This document shows positions 10,021 to 19,344 of a stretch of 64,000 bases of DNA, piece after piece (position 1 is the first letter of the stretch; every line of letters starts with the position of its first letter). The stretch spans positions 128,001 through 192,000 of the forward strand of contig CAWDXE010000004.1 of the NCBI GenBank assembly GCA_963806185.1, written 5' to 3'. This DNA comes from an uncultured candidate division Zixibacteria bacterium. GTDB lineage: Bacteria; Zixibacteria; MSB-5A5; GN15; FEB-12. The notes beneath the pieces were generated by a model, which saw only the letters and a program-made list of their open reading frames with translations, made no database searches and was not told where the DNA came from. A program made the position numbers and the translations under genes.

Positions 10021-10955
10021 GTCAAGTCGCTATACCGGATGTCCACTCGTTCGAACAGATTGTCGAACGCGCTCGCCAGAAGGCAGCCGCCCGCGGCCGC
10101 CGGTGCCGGGTTGCGGTTGTAGCCGCGTCCGACGAGAAGACGCTGTGCGCTCTCGCCAACGCCAACCAGACCTGCATCCTCGATTACTGCGTGATCGGTG
10201 ATCGTCAGGAATTCCATAATGCCGCCCGCAAGATTGACCTCCCCATGGCGCCGACTGCGGTCTACGAAACCCCGACTGCCACCGCGGCCATCGGCAAAGC
10301 TGTAGCTATGGCCGCCGCCGGTGAGATCGACGTCATCGTCCAGGGACGCATGGTCCCTGCGCAGATGCTCACGCAACTCTTCCACTCCACCGACGCCTTC
10401 CTCGTCAAAGGACAGACTGTCTCCCACGTGGGGATATTCAAACCGAAGAAATATCCGAAGTTGCTCATGATCACCGATGGTGCCGTGGTCGTGCAACCCG
10501 ACCTTCCCACCAAACTGAATCTTATCGGCAACATGATCAAGGTGTCCAACACGATCGGTATCCCCAACCCGCGCATCGGCCTCCTTGCCGCCGTCGAAGC
10601 CGTTTATCTGCAGATGCCCGTCACCACCGAAGCGGCCATCATCGCGAAAATGGCCGAGCGTGGTCAAATCAAAGGAGCGTTCGTCGACGGTCCGCTCTCG
10701 CTGGATTGTGCGGTCGACATGGACGCCGCTCTCGGTAAGGGGATAAGAACCTCTCAAGTGGCCGGTCAGGCCGATGGACTGGTAGCTCCCAATCTCGAGA
10801 CCGCGCACGGCATCTACACCGCCCTTTCACTGTTTGGCTCTGAAGCTTCGGCCGGCGTTGTTATCGGCGGCATCACACCTGTGGTGATCTCGGCGGCAGT
10901 CGACTCGATCGAAACCCGCTACCACTCCTTGCTGACCGCCTCGTTGTTCGTCTAA
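10017..10955 (+). CDS. Phosphate butyryltransferase-like protein (copy 2)
   Basis: VSHV, TDGAV, LAAVE, DGPLSLD and AGQADGLVAPNLE motifs; ATGA overlap with copy 1. Confidence 0.8.
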   Translation: MSQVAIPDVHSFEQIVERARQKAAARGRRCRVAVVAASDEKTLCALANANQTCILDYCVIGDRQEFHNAARKIDLPMAPTAVYETPTATAAIGKAVAMAAAGEIDVIVQGRMVPAQMLTQLFHSTDAFLVKGQTVSHVGIFKPKKYPKLLMITDGAVVVQPDLPTKLNLIGNMIKVSNTIGIPNPRIGLLAAVEAVYLQMPVTTEAAIIAKMAERGQIKGAFVDGPLSLDCAVDMDAALGKGIRTSQVAGQADGLVAPNLETAHGIYTALSLFGSEASAGVVIGGITPVVISAAVDSIETRYHSLLTASLFV

Positions 10956-10986
10956 GTTTGTGGCCTGCCGCAACTAATACCCGCTG

Positions 10987-11033
10987 GGCCGATTCAAACT
11001 TCGCTTGACCCCGACGTTGAATCGGCCTATTTT
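10987..11033 (+). promoter_or_regulatory. Sigma70-like promoter overlapped by an 11-bp inverted repeat (possible terminator or operator)
   Basis: TTGACC(11005)-17 nt-TATTTT(11028); ggccgattcaa 10987-10997 / ttgaatcggcc 11017-11027. Confidence 0.55.
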
Positions 11034-11068
11034 GCACTCTTTACACCGTTCAGCCACGAGGACTACCA

Positions 11069-12148
11069 GTGATTTACGGCATTATCATGGCGGGCGGCAA
11101 AGGCGAGCGCTTCTGGCCGCTCTCCCGTGCTGACCGCCCGAAACAGTTTCTCTGCCTCACGTCTAATAAGACTATGCTCGCAGAGACTATCGAGCGTGTA
11201 ACGCCGCTTATCCCTTTGGAAAATGTCCGTATCGTCACCGGCGAATCGATGACAAAACTGATTGTCGACTCCGCCGCCTATGTCTCCCCAAAACAGTTGC
11301 TCACCGAACCGATCGGCCGCAACACCTGTCTCGCCATCGGCCTGGCTGCGGTACATGTTCAACATGAAGATCCACACGCCGTCATGGTTGTGCTCTCGGC
11401 TGACCACCTCATCCGACCACCCGAACGTCTGCTGAAAATCCTTCAGCACGGTACCGCCATCGCCGCTTCAGAGGACAAGTTAATCACGATGGGTATTGTC
11501 CCGACGCGCCCCGAAACCGGTTATGGCTACATCAAACTCGGTGAACAATATGCTATCCCTGGCGACGGCGCTGTCTACCAGGTGTCTGCTTTCGCCGAAA
11601 AACCCAAGGCGGCCGTGGCCCAGGAATATTATTTCTCCCGCAAGTATCTCTGGAATGCCGGCATGTTTATCTGGTCGGCGAAATCAATACTCAGCGCCAT
11701 CAATAAGTGCCAACCGGAAATCGGTGAACTCCTCACCCGGTACGCCCGTACCATCGGAACCTCCGGTGAACAAGCAGCGCGCAGGGAATTGTATCAGAAG
11801 GCCCCTTCCATCTCCATCGACTATGCCGTTCTCGAGAAGGCCGACAACGTCCTCACCATCAAGGCTGACATGCTCTGGGATGATATCGGCAGCTGGAATT
11901 CGCTCGAACGGTACAAGGAGAGGGATAATGAAAACAACACCGTGTCAGGTTTGGTCACCCTGCACGAAACCTATGAATGCACGGTGCACAACGACGCCGA
12001 CGGCCTGATTGCCTGTCTGGGAATCTCCGACCTCGTGGTCGTACGCTCCGGTGACATCACCCTGGTCGCCCATAAAACCAAGGTCGGTCAGATCAAGGAA
12101 CTTCTCGCGAAGCTGAATGAAAACGAAAACCTGCGCAAATATCTCTAG
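11069..12148 (+). CDS. manC: Mannose-1-phosphate guanylyltransferase
   Basis: MAGGKGERFWPLSR-PKQFL, EPIGRNT, ADH, PETGYGYI, WNAGMF, SIDYAVLEK and WDDIGSW motifs. Confidence 0.93.
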   Translation: MIYGIIMAGGKGERFWPLSRADRPKQFLCLTSNKTMLAETIERVTPLIPLENVRIVTGESMTKLIVDSAAYVSPKQLLTEPIGRNTCLAIGLAAVHVQHEDPHAVMVVLSADHLIRPPERLLKILQHGTAIAASEDKLITMGIVPTRPETGYGYIKLGEQYAIPGDGAVYQVSAFAEKPKAAVAQEYYFSRKYLWNAGMFIWSAKSILSAINKCQPEIGELLTRYARTIGTSGEQAARRELYQKAPSISIDYAVLEKADNVLTIKADMLWDDIGSWNSLERYKERDNENNTVSGLVTLHETYECTVHNDADGLIACLGISDLVVVRSGDITLVAHKTKVGQIKELLAKLNENENLRKYL

Positions 12149-12737
12149 CCTCATCCTGCTGGCCGTCCTCGTAGTCGCCGTGGCCGCTACCGTCTTCGCT
12201 GCTCCGCGCAAGGCACAGCCGGCTCGGACTCACACCGAACGGGGGTACGACCCGCTCGAACTTCCCGCGGACACTCGCATCGTCCCCAAACTTTCCTCCG
12301 GCTCAAAGGCCTCATCGGCCGACTATGCCGGCACTCAAACCGGCAACACGCACCTTGATTCGGCTACCGCCGCCGCTGTCGATTCCGCTTCCGGCCGTAT
12401 CTATCGCATACAGATTTTCACCAGCAACTTGTTCGGCGAGGCCCGCCGCGCTGCCACCGTCGCTGAAGAGATTTTCGATCAGTCGGTGTATCTCGACTAC
12501 GACATCCCCTATTTCAAAATTCGCGTCGGCGACTTTGCCCGTCGCCGGGATGCCGAGGATTATCAGCGAAAAGTTACTACCGCCGGCTACCCAACCGCTC
12601 TCGTCGTCGCCGTCAATCCTCTCGTCCGGCAAGCACCCCCGCTCTATGATAGTCTTGCCGCGCCCGTCCCCCCCGATACATCCACCATCAAAGACACGTC
12701 CGTTACCAAGAAAGACACATCAAAAACTCGTGAGTAG
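12117..12737 (+). CDS. SPOR domain-containing protein
   Basis: N-terminal hydrophobic segment; YRIQIF...PYFKIRVGDF...GYPTA SPOR pattern. Confidence 0.8.
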   Translation: MKTKTCANISSLILLAVLVVAVAATVFAAPRKAQPARTHTERGYDPLELPADTRIVPKLSSGSKASSADYAGTQTGNTHLDSATAAAVDSASGRIYRIQIFTSNLFGEARRAATVAEEIFDQSVYLDYDIPYFKIRVGDFARRRDAEDYQRKVTTAGYPTALVVAVNPLVRQAPPLYDSLAAPVPPDTSTIKDTSVTKKDTSKTRE

Positions 12738-13371
12738 TCAAACCCGTCGAATCAATCCGCAACAGCCGGAATCGGCCATCATCGCCAAAGCATCCTCATT
12801 ACTCCGTCAGGGTGACCTCGTCGTCGCCCCCACCGAAACTCGTTATGGCTTGCTCGCCCACGGCGATGACCCGCGCGCCGTCTCTCGCCTCTACCAGCTG
12901 AAAGGGCGACCGTGGAACATACCCACCGCTCTTTTTGTACCCAGTATAGAAGATATGTCCCGCTACGGCCACGTATCCGCTGTCGCACAACGACTTGCCG
13001 AACAGTTCCTGCCCGGGCCGCTCACCCTCGTCCTAAAAGCTGTTGTTGACTGGGCGGCCCCGCGTGTCGTAGATGGAAAAATCGGAATCCGGGTCAGCCC
13101 CGCTCCGGTTGTCGTCAGCCTCCTCAAAGAGGTCGGTGCGCCGCTCACCGCCACCTCGGCCAACCTGACGGGTAAGCCGGATGGCGTCACCGTGCAGGAG
13201 ATTGCCCGTGCCCTGGGAACTGGTGTCGCACTTTACCTCGACGGGGGCAAGCTGGAAGGCCCGGTGTCGACTGTGGTCGATTGTTCGACCGACACACTCA
13301 CCATTTTGCGGGCCGGCGCGATCGCCGAAGAGGAGATCCGACGAGTAGCTTCGATGGTTGGAACAGTATGA
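12730..13371 (+). CDS. tsaC: L-threonylcarbamoyladenylate synthase (TsaC/Sua5/YrdC family)
   Basis: PTETRYGL, LKGRP, PGPLTLVL, IGIRV, TSANLTG and STVVD motifs; GTG at 12730. Confidence 0.9.
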   Translation: MSSQTRRINPQQPESAIIAKASSLLRQGDLVVAPTETRYGLLAHGDDPRAVSRLYQLKGRPWNIPTALFVPSIEDMSRYGHVSAVAQRLAEQFLPGPLTLVLKAVVDWAAPRVVDGKIGIRVSPAPVVVSLLKEVGAPLTATSANLTGKPDGVTVQEIARALGTGVALYLDGGKLEGPVSTVVDCSTDTLTILRAGAIAEEEIRRVASMVGTV

Positions 13372-13862
13372 GTGATCGCTATACCATAATGTTCGTTTGC
13401 ACCGGCAATACCTGCCGCTCGCCTATGGCCGAGGCCGCCCTCCGTGTCCTGCTCGATAAGCAGCGACCGGGCCAATTCGACGTGATCTCGTCCGGCGTCT
13501 CCGCCGCCAGCAACTTCCCGGCGACCATGTACGCTGCCGAGGCGGTCAAGATGTGGGATGGCGACCTCAGTATGCACCACTCACAGCAACTGTCCCGCTC
13601 ACTCATCGAGCGTTCCGACCTGATTCTGGCGATGTCGCCCGAACATTTCAAGGAAATTGCCAAGCTCGCTCCGTGGGCTACCGACAAGGTCTTCCTCTTT
13701 AAAAGTTTCCCGCAAGCTGGCGGAAAGGGGGAAGGCGTGTTTGATCCGATCGGTCAGGGACTCGACCGCTACAACGAAACCTTCATTGAAATCGGCGAAG
13801 TCCTGGGTCAGATTCTCCCCGAAATTGTAAAACGTATTGATGCCAAGAGCAATGTCGCGTAG
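13368..13862 (+). CDS. Low-molecular-weight protein phosphatase (YwlE-like arginine phosphatase)
   Basis: FVCTGNTCRSPMAE P-loop, DLILAM, DPIG; adjacent to tsaC as in the ywlC-ywlE arrangement. Confidence 0.85.
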   Translation: MSDRYTIMFVCTGNTCRSPMAEAALRVLLDKQRPGQFDVISSGVSAASNFPATMYAAEAVKMWDGDLSMHHSQQLSRSLIERSDLILAMSPEHFKEIAKLAPWATDKVFLFKSFPQAGGKGEGVFDPIGQGLDRYNETFIEIGEVLGQILPEIVKRIDAKSNVA

Positions 13863-14685
13863 AACATTCGTTATCCGCTCGCTTTTCGTCGCGGCTGCTC
13901 TGGCTGTTGCTGCTCCCGCGGCCTATGTCATCTTCTGGAATCCCACGACCGCCTCGGCTGCCAGCGAACAATCCGCACCCGCCGACACCACCGCGCCCCT
14001 CGGCCGGGTGATTCAGAATGATGCCTTTGGCGTGGGTGAGAAACTGACCTTTGATATCAACTACGGCTTCATCAACGCCGGCGAGGCCTCCCTGGAAATC
14101 ACCAAGCTCGTCAACTGGCAGGGCCGACCGGCCTACCAAATCGTCAGCCGCGCCAATTCAAACAAATTCTTCTCTACCTTTTACAAAGTGGAAGATCGGG
14201 TGGAATCCATCACCGACGCGACCGGACTCTTCAGTTGGCGTTTTGAAAAGAACCTCTCCGAGGGCAGCTATCGCGCCCATCGCGTCCACGTCTGCGATCA
14301 GCAGAACAACAAAGTCACCTATAACGACAGCTTGATGGACGTTCCGCCCTATGTGCAGGATGCGCTCTCCGGACTCTATTGGGTCCGTACCCAGCCGTTG
14401 GAACCGGGTAAGTCGCTCTTCCTCGATAGCTTTGTGGACGGCAAGGAACTTCATATGGAAGTCAAAGTGCACAAACGCGAATCGGTCACCGTTCCTGCCG
14501 GAACCTTCGAGTGTATCGTCGTCGAGCCTATCACGCAATCGGTGGGCGTCTTCCAGCACGAGGGGAGTCTCAAAGTCTGGCTCACGGATGATCGTCTCCG
14601 CATGCCGGTGCTCATGAAATCCAAAGTCGTCGTCGGCTCTATCGCCGCCGAACTCAAAGAATATACCCTCGGCGAAATAGAATAA
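13837..14685 (+). CDS. DUF3108-like exported protein
   Basis: N-terminal TM segment; GEKLTFDINYGFINAG, VPAGTFEC and WLTDD-x-RMPV motifs. Confidence 0.75.
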   Translation: MMPRAMSRRTFVIRSLFVAAALAVAAPAAYVIFWNPTTASAASEQSAPADTTAPLGRVIQNDAFGVGEKLTFDINYGFINAGEASLEITKLVNWQGRPAYQIVSRANSNKFFSTFYKVEDRVESITDATGLFSWRFEKNLSEGSYRAHRVHVCDQQNNKVTYNDSLMDVPPYVQDALSGLYWVRTQPLEPGKSLFLDSFVDGKELHMEVKVHKRESVTVPAGTFECIVVEPITQSVGVFQHEGSLKVWLTDDRLRMPVLMKSKVVVGSIAAELKEYTLGEIE

Positions 14686-14696
14686 TCTTTAGACAA

Positions 14697-14869
14697 TTGA
14701 CTTTTCACGTGATTATCGAATATTGTCCCGTCGTGACATTGGTCACCGACCCTACCGCAAGTGACGGTGGGTGCGTTACGTGTATCGGGCATCAGCAATT
14801 GATGAGTCCGTATCTGGTCTGAGACCCGGAAGGTGAATCGACGGCGCGGACTCATCACGGAGACTCCTC
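14697..14869 (+). promoter_or_regulatory. Promoter and structured 5' leader of ftcD
   Basis: TTGACT(14697)-18 nt-TATTGT; hairpins at 14733-14746 and 14751-14771; 11-bp stem 14800-14810/14847-14857. Confidence 0.45.
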
Positions 14870-16405
14870 ATGGCTAAACTAGTTGAATGCGTTCCGAATT
14901 TTTCCGAAGGACGACGTAAAGACGTCATCGATCAGATCTGCGCCGCTATCACCTCGGTCGAGGGTGTCACTCTCCTCGATCATGAAATGGACGCCGACCA
15001 CAACCGCGCCGTCGTCACCTTTGTCTGCCACCCCAGCCTCGCCGTCGAGGCCGCTTTTCGCGGTTATCAAAAGGCCGCCGAATTGATCGACATGCGCACT
15101 CACAAAGGCGAACACCCGCGCATGGGCGCCTGCGATGTTTGCCCCTTTATTCCGCTCTATGAGATGACTATCGAGGACGCCATCGAGTTGGCCCGGCACC
15201 TCGGCAAACGGGTAGGGGAGGAGCTGCAGATCCCGGTCTACTTGTACGAAGATGCCGCCACCTCGACCGCCCGCAAGAATCTCGCCATCGTCCGCGCCGG
15301 CGAATACGAGGGCATTCGCGATTCCATAGAAACCGACCCGATCCGCAAGCCCGATTTCGGCCCCGCGAAAATGAATCTCAACGCCGGCTCAACGGCTATA
15401 GGTGTCCGTTTCCCGCTGGTTGCCTTCAACGTCTATCTCGACACCAACAAGAAGCTGATCGCCGACAAGATCGCCGACGCTGTACGCAGCCTGACCGGCG
15501 GCTATCGTTTCGTCAAAGCCCTCGGTTTCGAAATTACCGCCCGCAACCAGGTCCAGATTTCTATGAATTTGGTCAACTACACGAAGACGCCGATCTTCCG
15601 CGTCTTCGAAACGATCAAGAGCGAGGCCGCCCGCTACGGCGTCAACGTCGTTTCTTCCGAAGTCATCGGCCTTCTGCCGGTCGACGCTATCGTCGACGTC
15701 GCCGACTTCTACCTCCGGTTGGAGAACTTCTCCAAAGCGCAGTTGCTGGAAGAAAAATTGAAAGCCGTCTCTCCTTCGGCGGCGCTTACCGCCGGACCGC
15801 AGGACACTTTCTATGATCAAGTCGCCTCGTCGTCACCCGCCCCCGGCGGCGGTTCCGTTTCCGCCTCGGCGGGTGCGCTCTCCGCGGCCCTCACCGCAAT
15901 GGTCTGCCGCCTGACCGTAAACAAGAAGGCCTTCGCCGAGGTGAAGGACGAACTCAGCGACATCCGCGACAAAGCCGATCTGCTGCGTGCCGAACTCACC
16001 CGGCTTATCGACGACGACAAAAACGCCTTCAACGCCGTTATGGACGCCTACAAAACCGCCCGTTCCGCCTCCGGCGATTCCGGCAAACAAATAATCGGTG
16101 ATGCCCTCAAGCTCGCCGCCGAAACGCCGCTCAAAGTCATGCGCAAATCGGTTGAAGTGATGGAACTGGCGGTCGTCGTCGCGAAAAAAGGGAACCAAAA
16201 CTCGATTTCCGATGCCGGCGTGGCCGGACTGATGGGCCAGTCGGCCGTCGAAGGGGCTGGCTACAACGTCAGAATAAATATCAAGAGCGACGGCTGGATT
16301 GACACCCCCTATGGCGAGAAACTCCGCGCCGAAGTCGCCTCACTGCGCAGCCGGGCTCGTCAGCTGGCCGGGCAAATCGCCGAACTTGTCGAGGCAAAAC
16401 TCTGA
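14870..16405 (+). CDS. ftcD: Glutamate formimidoyltransferase / formiminotetrahydrofolate cyclodeaminase fusion
   Basis: ECVPNFSEGR, DADHNR, GEHPRMGA and QVQISMNL motifs; C-terminal PAPGGGS, SDAGVA and NVRINI. Confidence 0.93.
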   Translation: MAKLVECVPNFSEGRRKDVIDQICAAITSVEGVTLLDHEMDADHNRAVVTFVCHPSLAVEAAFRGYQKAAELIDMRTHKGEHPRMGACDVCPFIPLYEMTIEDAIELARHLGKRVGEELQIPVYLYEDAATSTARKNLAIVRAGEYEGIRDSIETDPIRKPDFGPAKMNLNAGSTAIGVRFPLVAFNVYLDTNKKLIADKIADAVRSLTGGYRFVKALGFEITARNQVQISMNLVNYTKTPIFRVFETIKSEAARYGVNVVSSEVIGLLPVDAIVDVADFYLRLENFSKAQLLEEKLKAVSPSAALTAGPQDTFYDQVASSSPAPGGGSVSASAGALSAALTAMVCRLTVNKKAFAEVKDELSDIRDKADLLRAELTRLIDDDKNAFNAVMDAYKTARSASGDSGKQIIGDALKLAAETPLKVMRKSVEVMELAVVVAKKGNQNSISDAGVAGLMGQSAVEGAGYNVRINIKSDGWIDTPYGEKLRAEVASLRSRARQLAGQIAELVEAKL

Positions 16406-16408
16406 GCG

Positions 16409-17245
16409 ATGTCCAGTAAACTCGACCTCCACATGCATACCTTCCACTCCGACGGGGCTTACTCGCCGGAGTCGCTCATGGCTATCGTCCGCGCCGCCAA
16501 TCTGGTCGCCTTTTCCGTCACCGATCACGACACCATGCGCGGTTATCACGACGTCACATCGCTGCTCAAACCCGGCGATCCGGAACTGATCCCCGGCGTT
16601 GAATTGTCGGTCACCTTGGACGACACCGACATTCACATGCTCGCCTACCTGTTCGACCCGCACGACACCGAGTTCACCGCTGCCCTCGAGGACTATCGCG
16701 TCAAACGCGAAGCCCGCGGCCGTCAAATGGTTGAAAAGTTGCGCAATCTCGGTCTCGATATTACCTTTGATCAGGTCGCGCTGGTCGCCGGTGATTCCGT
16801 GATCGGGCGGCCCCACGTCGCCACCACCTTGCACCAGTTGGGCCACACGTCGGTGTATGAGCAGGCGTTTTACAAATACATCGGTCCCAAGGGACCTGCC
16901 TATGTCCCCAAGGCTGTGCTCAGGCCCGAGGATGCCATCGCCCTTGTTCACCGGGCGGGCGGCGTCACCGTCCTCGCGCACCCCTTTATCGCCGACACCT
17001 GGCGATTCCTTGATCGCCTTGTCCCGCTCGGTCTCGACGGTCTGGAGGTGTGGCATTATTCTCAGGACACAGCCCAATCCGAGCGACTCAAAACCATGGC
17101 CAGGAAGTATAACCTTGTGACGAGCGGTGGCTCCGATTTCCACGGCCGCGACGCCCGCGAGGGCACCGTCGGCTCCGTTCGCGTCCCGCTCGACGTCCTT
17201 GATAGACTCAAAGAACGCGCCCAGCGCATACGAGGTCACGCGTGA
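16409..17245 (+). CDS. PHP domain phosphoesterase (TrpH/YciV-like)
   Basis: DLHMHT-SDG, TDHD, GVELS, GRPH, LAHP and GGSDFHG motifs. Confidence 0.9.
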   Translation: MSSKLDLHMHTFHSDGAYSPESLMAIVRAANLVAFSVTDHDTMRGYHDVTSLLKPGDPELIPGVELSVTLDDTDIHMLAYLFDPHDTEFTAALEDYRVKREARGRQMVEKLRNLGLDITFDQVALVAGDSVIGRPHVATTLHQLGHTSVYEQAFYKYIGPKGPAYVPKAVLRPEDAIALVHRAGGVTVLAHPFIADTWRFLDRLVPLGLDGLEVWHYSQDTAQSERLKTMARKYNLVTSGGSDFHGRDAREGTVGSVRVPLDVLDRLKERAQRIRGHA

Positions 17246-19344
17246 AAACATCCCTCTTGATTCCGGGTCTTCTCCTCATTGCCGCCACTGCCTTTGCGCA
17301 GTCGTCGTCCCAACCGCTCAGTCAGGAAGCGCAACGCCGCATCGTGGCCGATTACCTGTTTGCGATGGGTCAGCTCGACTCCCGAAACCCGCTTGCCTCT
17401 GCCGTCTCGGTCGAACAATCCGGGGCGCCGCTCAAGTGCGCTACGCCGGCCATTCTCGCCTTCCAGACCCATCGCCGCCAGATCGATCCCGCCATCCTCG
17501 GTAGTCTCTCTGCGACCGCCACCACCCGCCCGATAAATGACTATACCTACGACACCCCCGGCGGTCACTTCAAGATTCACTACTCGAAGTCGGGTCTCGA
17601 CGCGGTATACCAGCCGACCACGGATGGCAACGGAAACGGCGTTCCCGACTTTGTCGACGGCGTCGCCCAGGCCGCCGAATACGTCTACAACTCCCAGGTA
17701 AACGTGATGGACTTCACGGCGCCGCCGGCCGATGATTTCTACACCGAGGGCGGTGACGCTCGCTACGACATCTACCTCAAGGCCGTCTCGTCCACCTTCT
17801 ATGGTTTGGCCTATCCCGATGTTATCGTCGGCGATTCGTTCACCTCGATCATCGCCACCTCGTTCATCGTCCTCGATAACGATTACAGGGACATCGAGGC
17901 GTACAAAGACCGTCCGCTCGATGCCGCGCGCGTTACGCTCGCCCACGAATTCTTTCACGCCGTCCAGTTCGGCATCGACTTCACTGAATTCGACGAGGGC
18001 CCGAATGGTACCCCCGACCGCCCCTGGTGGATGGAAATGTCCGCTACCTGGATGGAAGAGCACCTGTACGACGGTATCAACGACTACTACGCCTATCTCC
18101 CGTATTTTTACCGGGACCCCCGAGCCTCCTTGCAGCAATTCAAGACCGGCTTTGATGCCCACGCATACGGGGCTGTCGTCTGGCCATTGTACCTGAGTCA
18201 GAAGTTCGGCGACGGCATCATCAAGGCCATTTGGGACAAGTGCGGCCAACTCGGCCTCGGCTCGCACGCTCTGATAGCTTTTGATCAGGAAATCGACTCG
18301 ATCAGCGCCAACACCATGGGGTTCTCCACCGCCTTTAACGAATTCAACGTCTGGAATTTCTTTACCGGTGAGTACGCCCCGGCGGCCCCGAATAACATCG
18401 GCTTTGCGGAGAAAGAAAACTATCCCGTCATACCCGTCGATTCCATGGCCCGCCACGACACCTATCCGTTCCTCGTCGTTGACGCCGGCAATCCTTTCCG
18501 ACCTCAGTTTAACGGCGTAACCTATGTCCGGTTCGAGGATGCGTCGTCGGTGCTCAGCGACTACTGGCATTGCACTGGCGCCTACGACCCCGACCACTGC
18601 GATTCCCTCAAAGAAGATACCGTCTCTTTGGTCGAAATCGATTCCCTCTGCTGTAATTACGACACCGCCTTCTCATTTCTCGCCTTCGGCCGCAATCAGA
18701 ATCTCCCGTGGGTCCTCAGTCTGATCTATCAACTGGAATCCCCGCCCGATTCATTCTTCGTGGAGCAGTACCCGATTGAAAACACCGGCTCGACTTTCTG
18801 GACGCTCGGTACCAGCGACACGGTCATTGTTCCCCACAATCCCAAACGCTATCGTTCCGTGACCTTAGTTGCCACCTCCAATACGAGCAGTTACCAGTCC
18901 TACCAGATCAACAAAGTTGTTGAATTTGCCTACGCTGGGTTGGATTCCACGGACTCTCCGGTCAATCGTACTACGACCACCTTGGGCGTGCTCACCCCTT
19001 ACCCCAATCCTGCAGTGGTCGGCCAAATGAACGGTCGTCCGATGACTTTCCGTTTCCAGTTGCCGCTCGACAGCCTCGGCGCACCCGACGCTTCCCTCAT
19101 CAAGATGAAGATGGATGTCTTCAGTCTCGCCGGTGAGCGCGTCGCTTCCGTCGAGGGCATCTTCAACGGCAACGACAGTCGCGGCACCCACCCGCATGGT
19201 GTCTTCTCGGCCGAATGGGATATGACCACCGACAGTCACCAGCCGGTTGCCTCCGGCGCTTATCTGGTGTACGCCCGATTGTACACCGATCCCGAGGGCG
19301 ACCCCGTCGCTGAAAAACGAGTCAAAGTAGCGGTAATTCGATGA
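17242..19344 (+). CDS. Secreted putative zinc metalloprotease with a C-terminal YPNP/FlgD-Ig-like tail
   Basis: Signal peptide; KCAT; HFKIHY; DGNGNGVPD; AHEFFHAVQ...E; C-terminal PYPNP...WD...VASGAYL. Confidence 0.75.
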   Translation: MKTSLLIPGLLLIAATAFAQSSSQPLSQEAQRRIVADYLFAMGQLDSRNPLASAVSVEQSGAPLKCATPAILAFQTHRRQIDPAILGSLSATATTRPINDYTYDTPGGHFKIHYSKSGLDAVYQPTTDGNGNGVPDFVDGVAQAAEYVYNSQVNVMDFTAPPADDFYTEGGDARYDIYLKAVSSTFYGLAYPDVIVGDSFTSIIATSFIVLDNDYRDIEAYKDRPLDAARVTLAHEFFHAVQFGIDFTEFDEGPNGTPDRPWWMEMSATWMEEHLYDGINDYYAYLPYFYRDPRASLQQFKTGFDAHAYGAVVWPLYLSQKFGDGIIKAIWDKCGQLGLGSHALIAFDQEIDSISANTMGFSTAFNEFNVWNFFTGEYAPAAPNNIGFAEKENYPVIPVDSMARHDTYPFLVVDAGNPFRPQFNGVTYVRFEDASSVLSDYWHCTGAYDPDHCDSLKEDTVSLVEIDSLCCNYDTAFSFLAFGRNQNLPWVLSLIYQLESPPDSFFVEQYPIENTGSTFWTLGTSDTVIVPHNPKRYRSVTLVATSNTSSYQSYQINKVVEFAYAGLDSTDSPVNRTTTTLGVLTPYPNPAVVGQMNGRPMTFRFQLPLDSLGAPDASLIKMKMDVFSLAGERVASVEGIFNGNDSRGTHPHGVFSAEWDMTTDSHQPVASGAYLVYARLYTDPEGDPVAEKRVKVAVIR

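Noticed and set aside
14796..14860. Hammerhead ribozyme or SRP RNA
   Set aside because: TGATGAGTCCG lacks the preceding C and a downstream GAAA core; CCGGAAGG lacks the flanking SRP CAGG/AGCAG motif.
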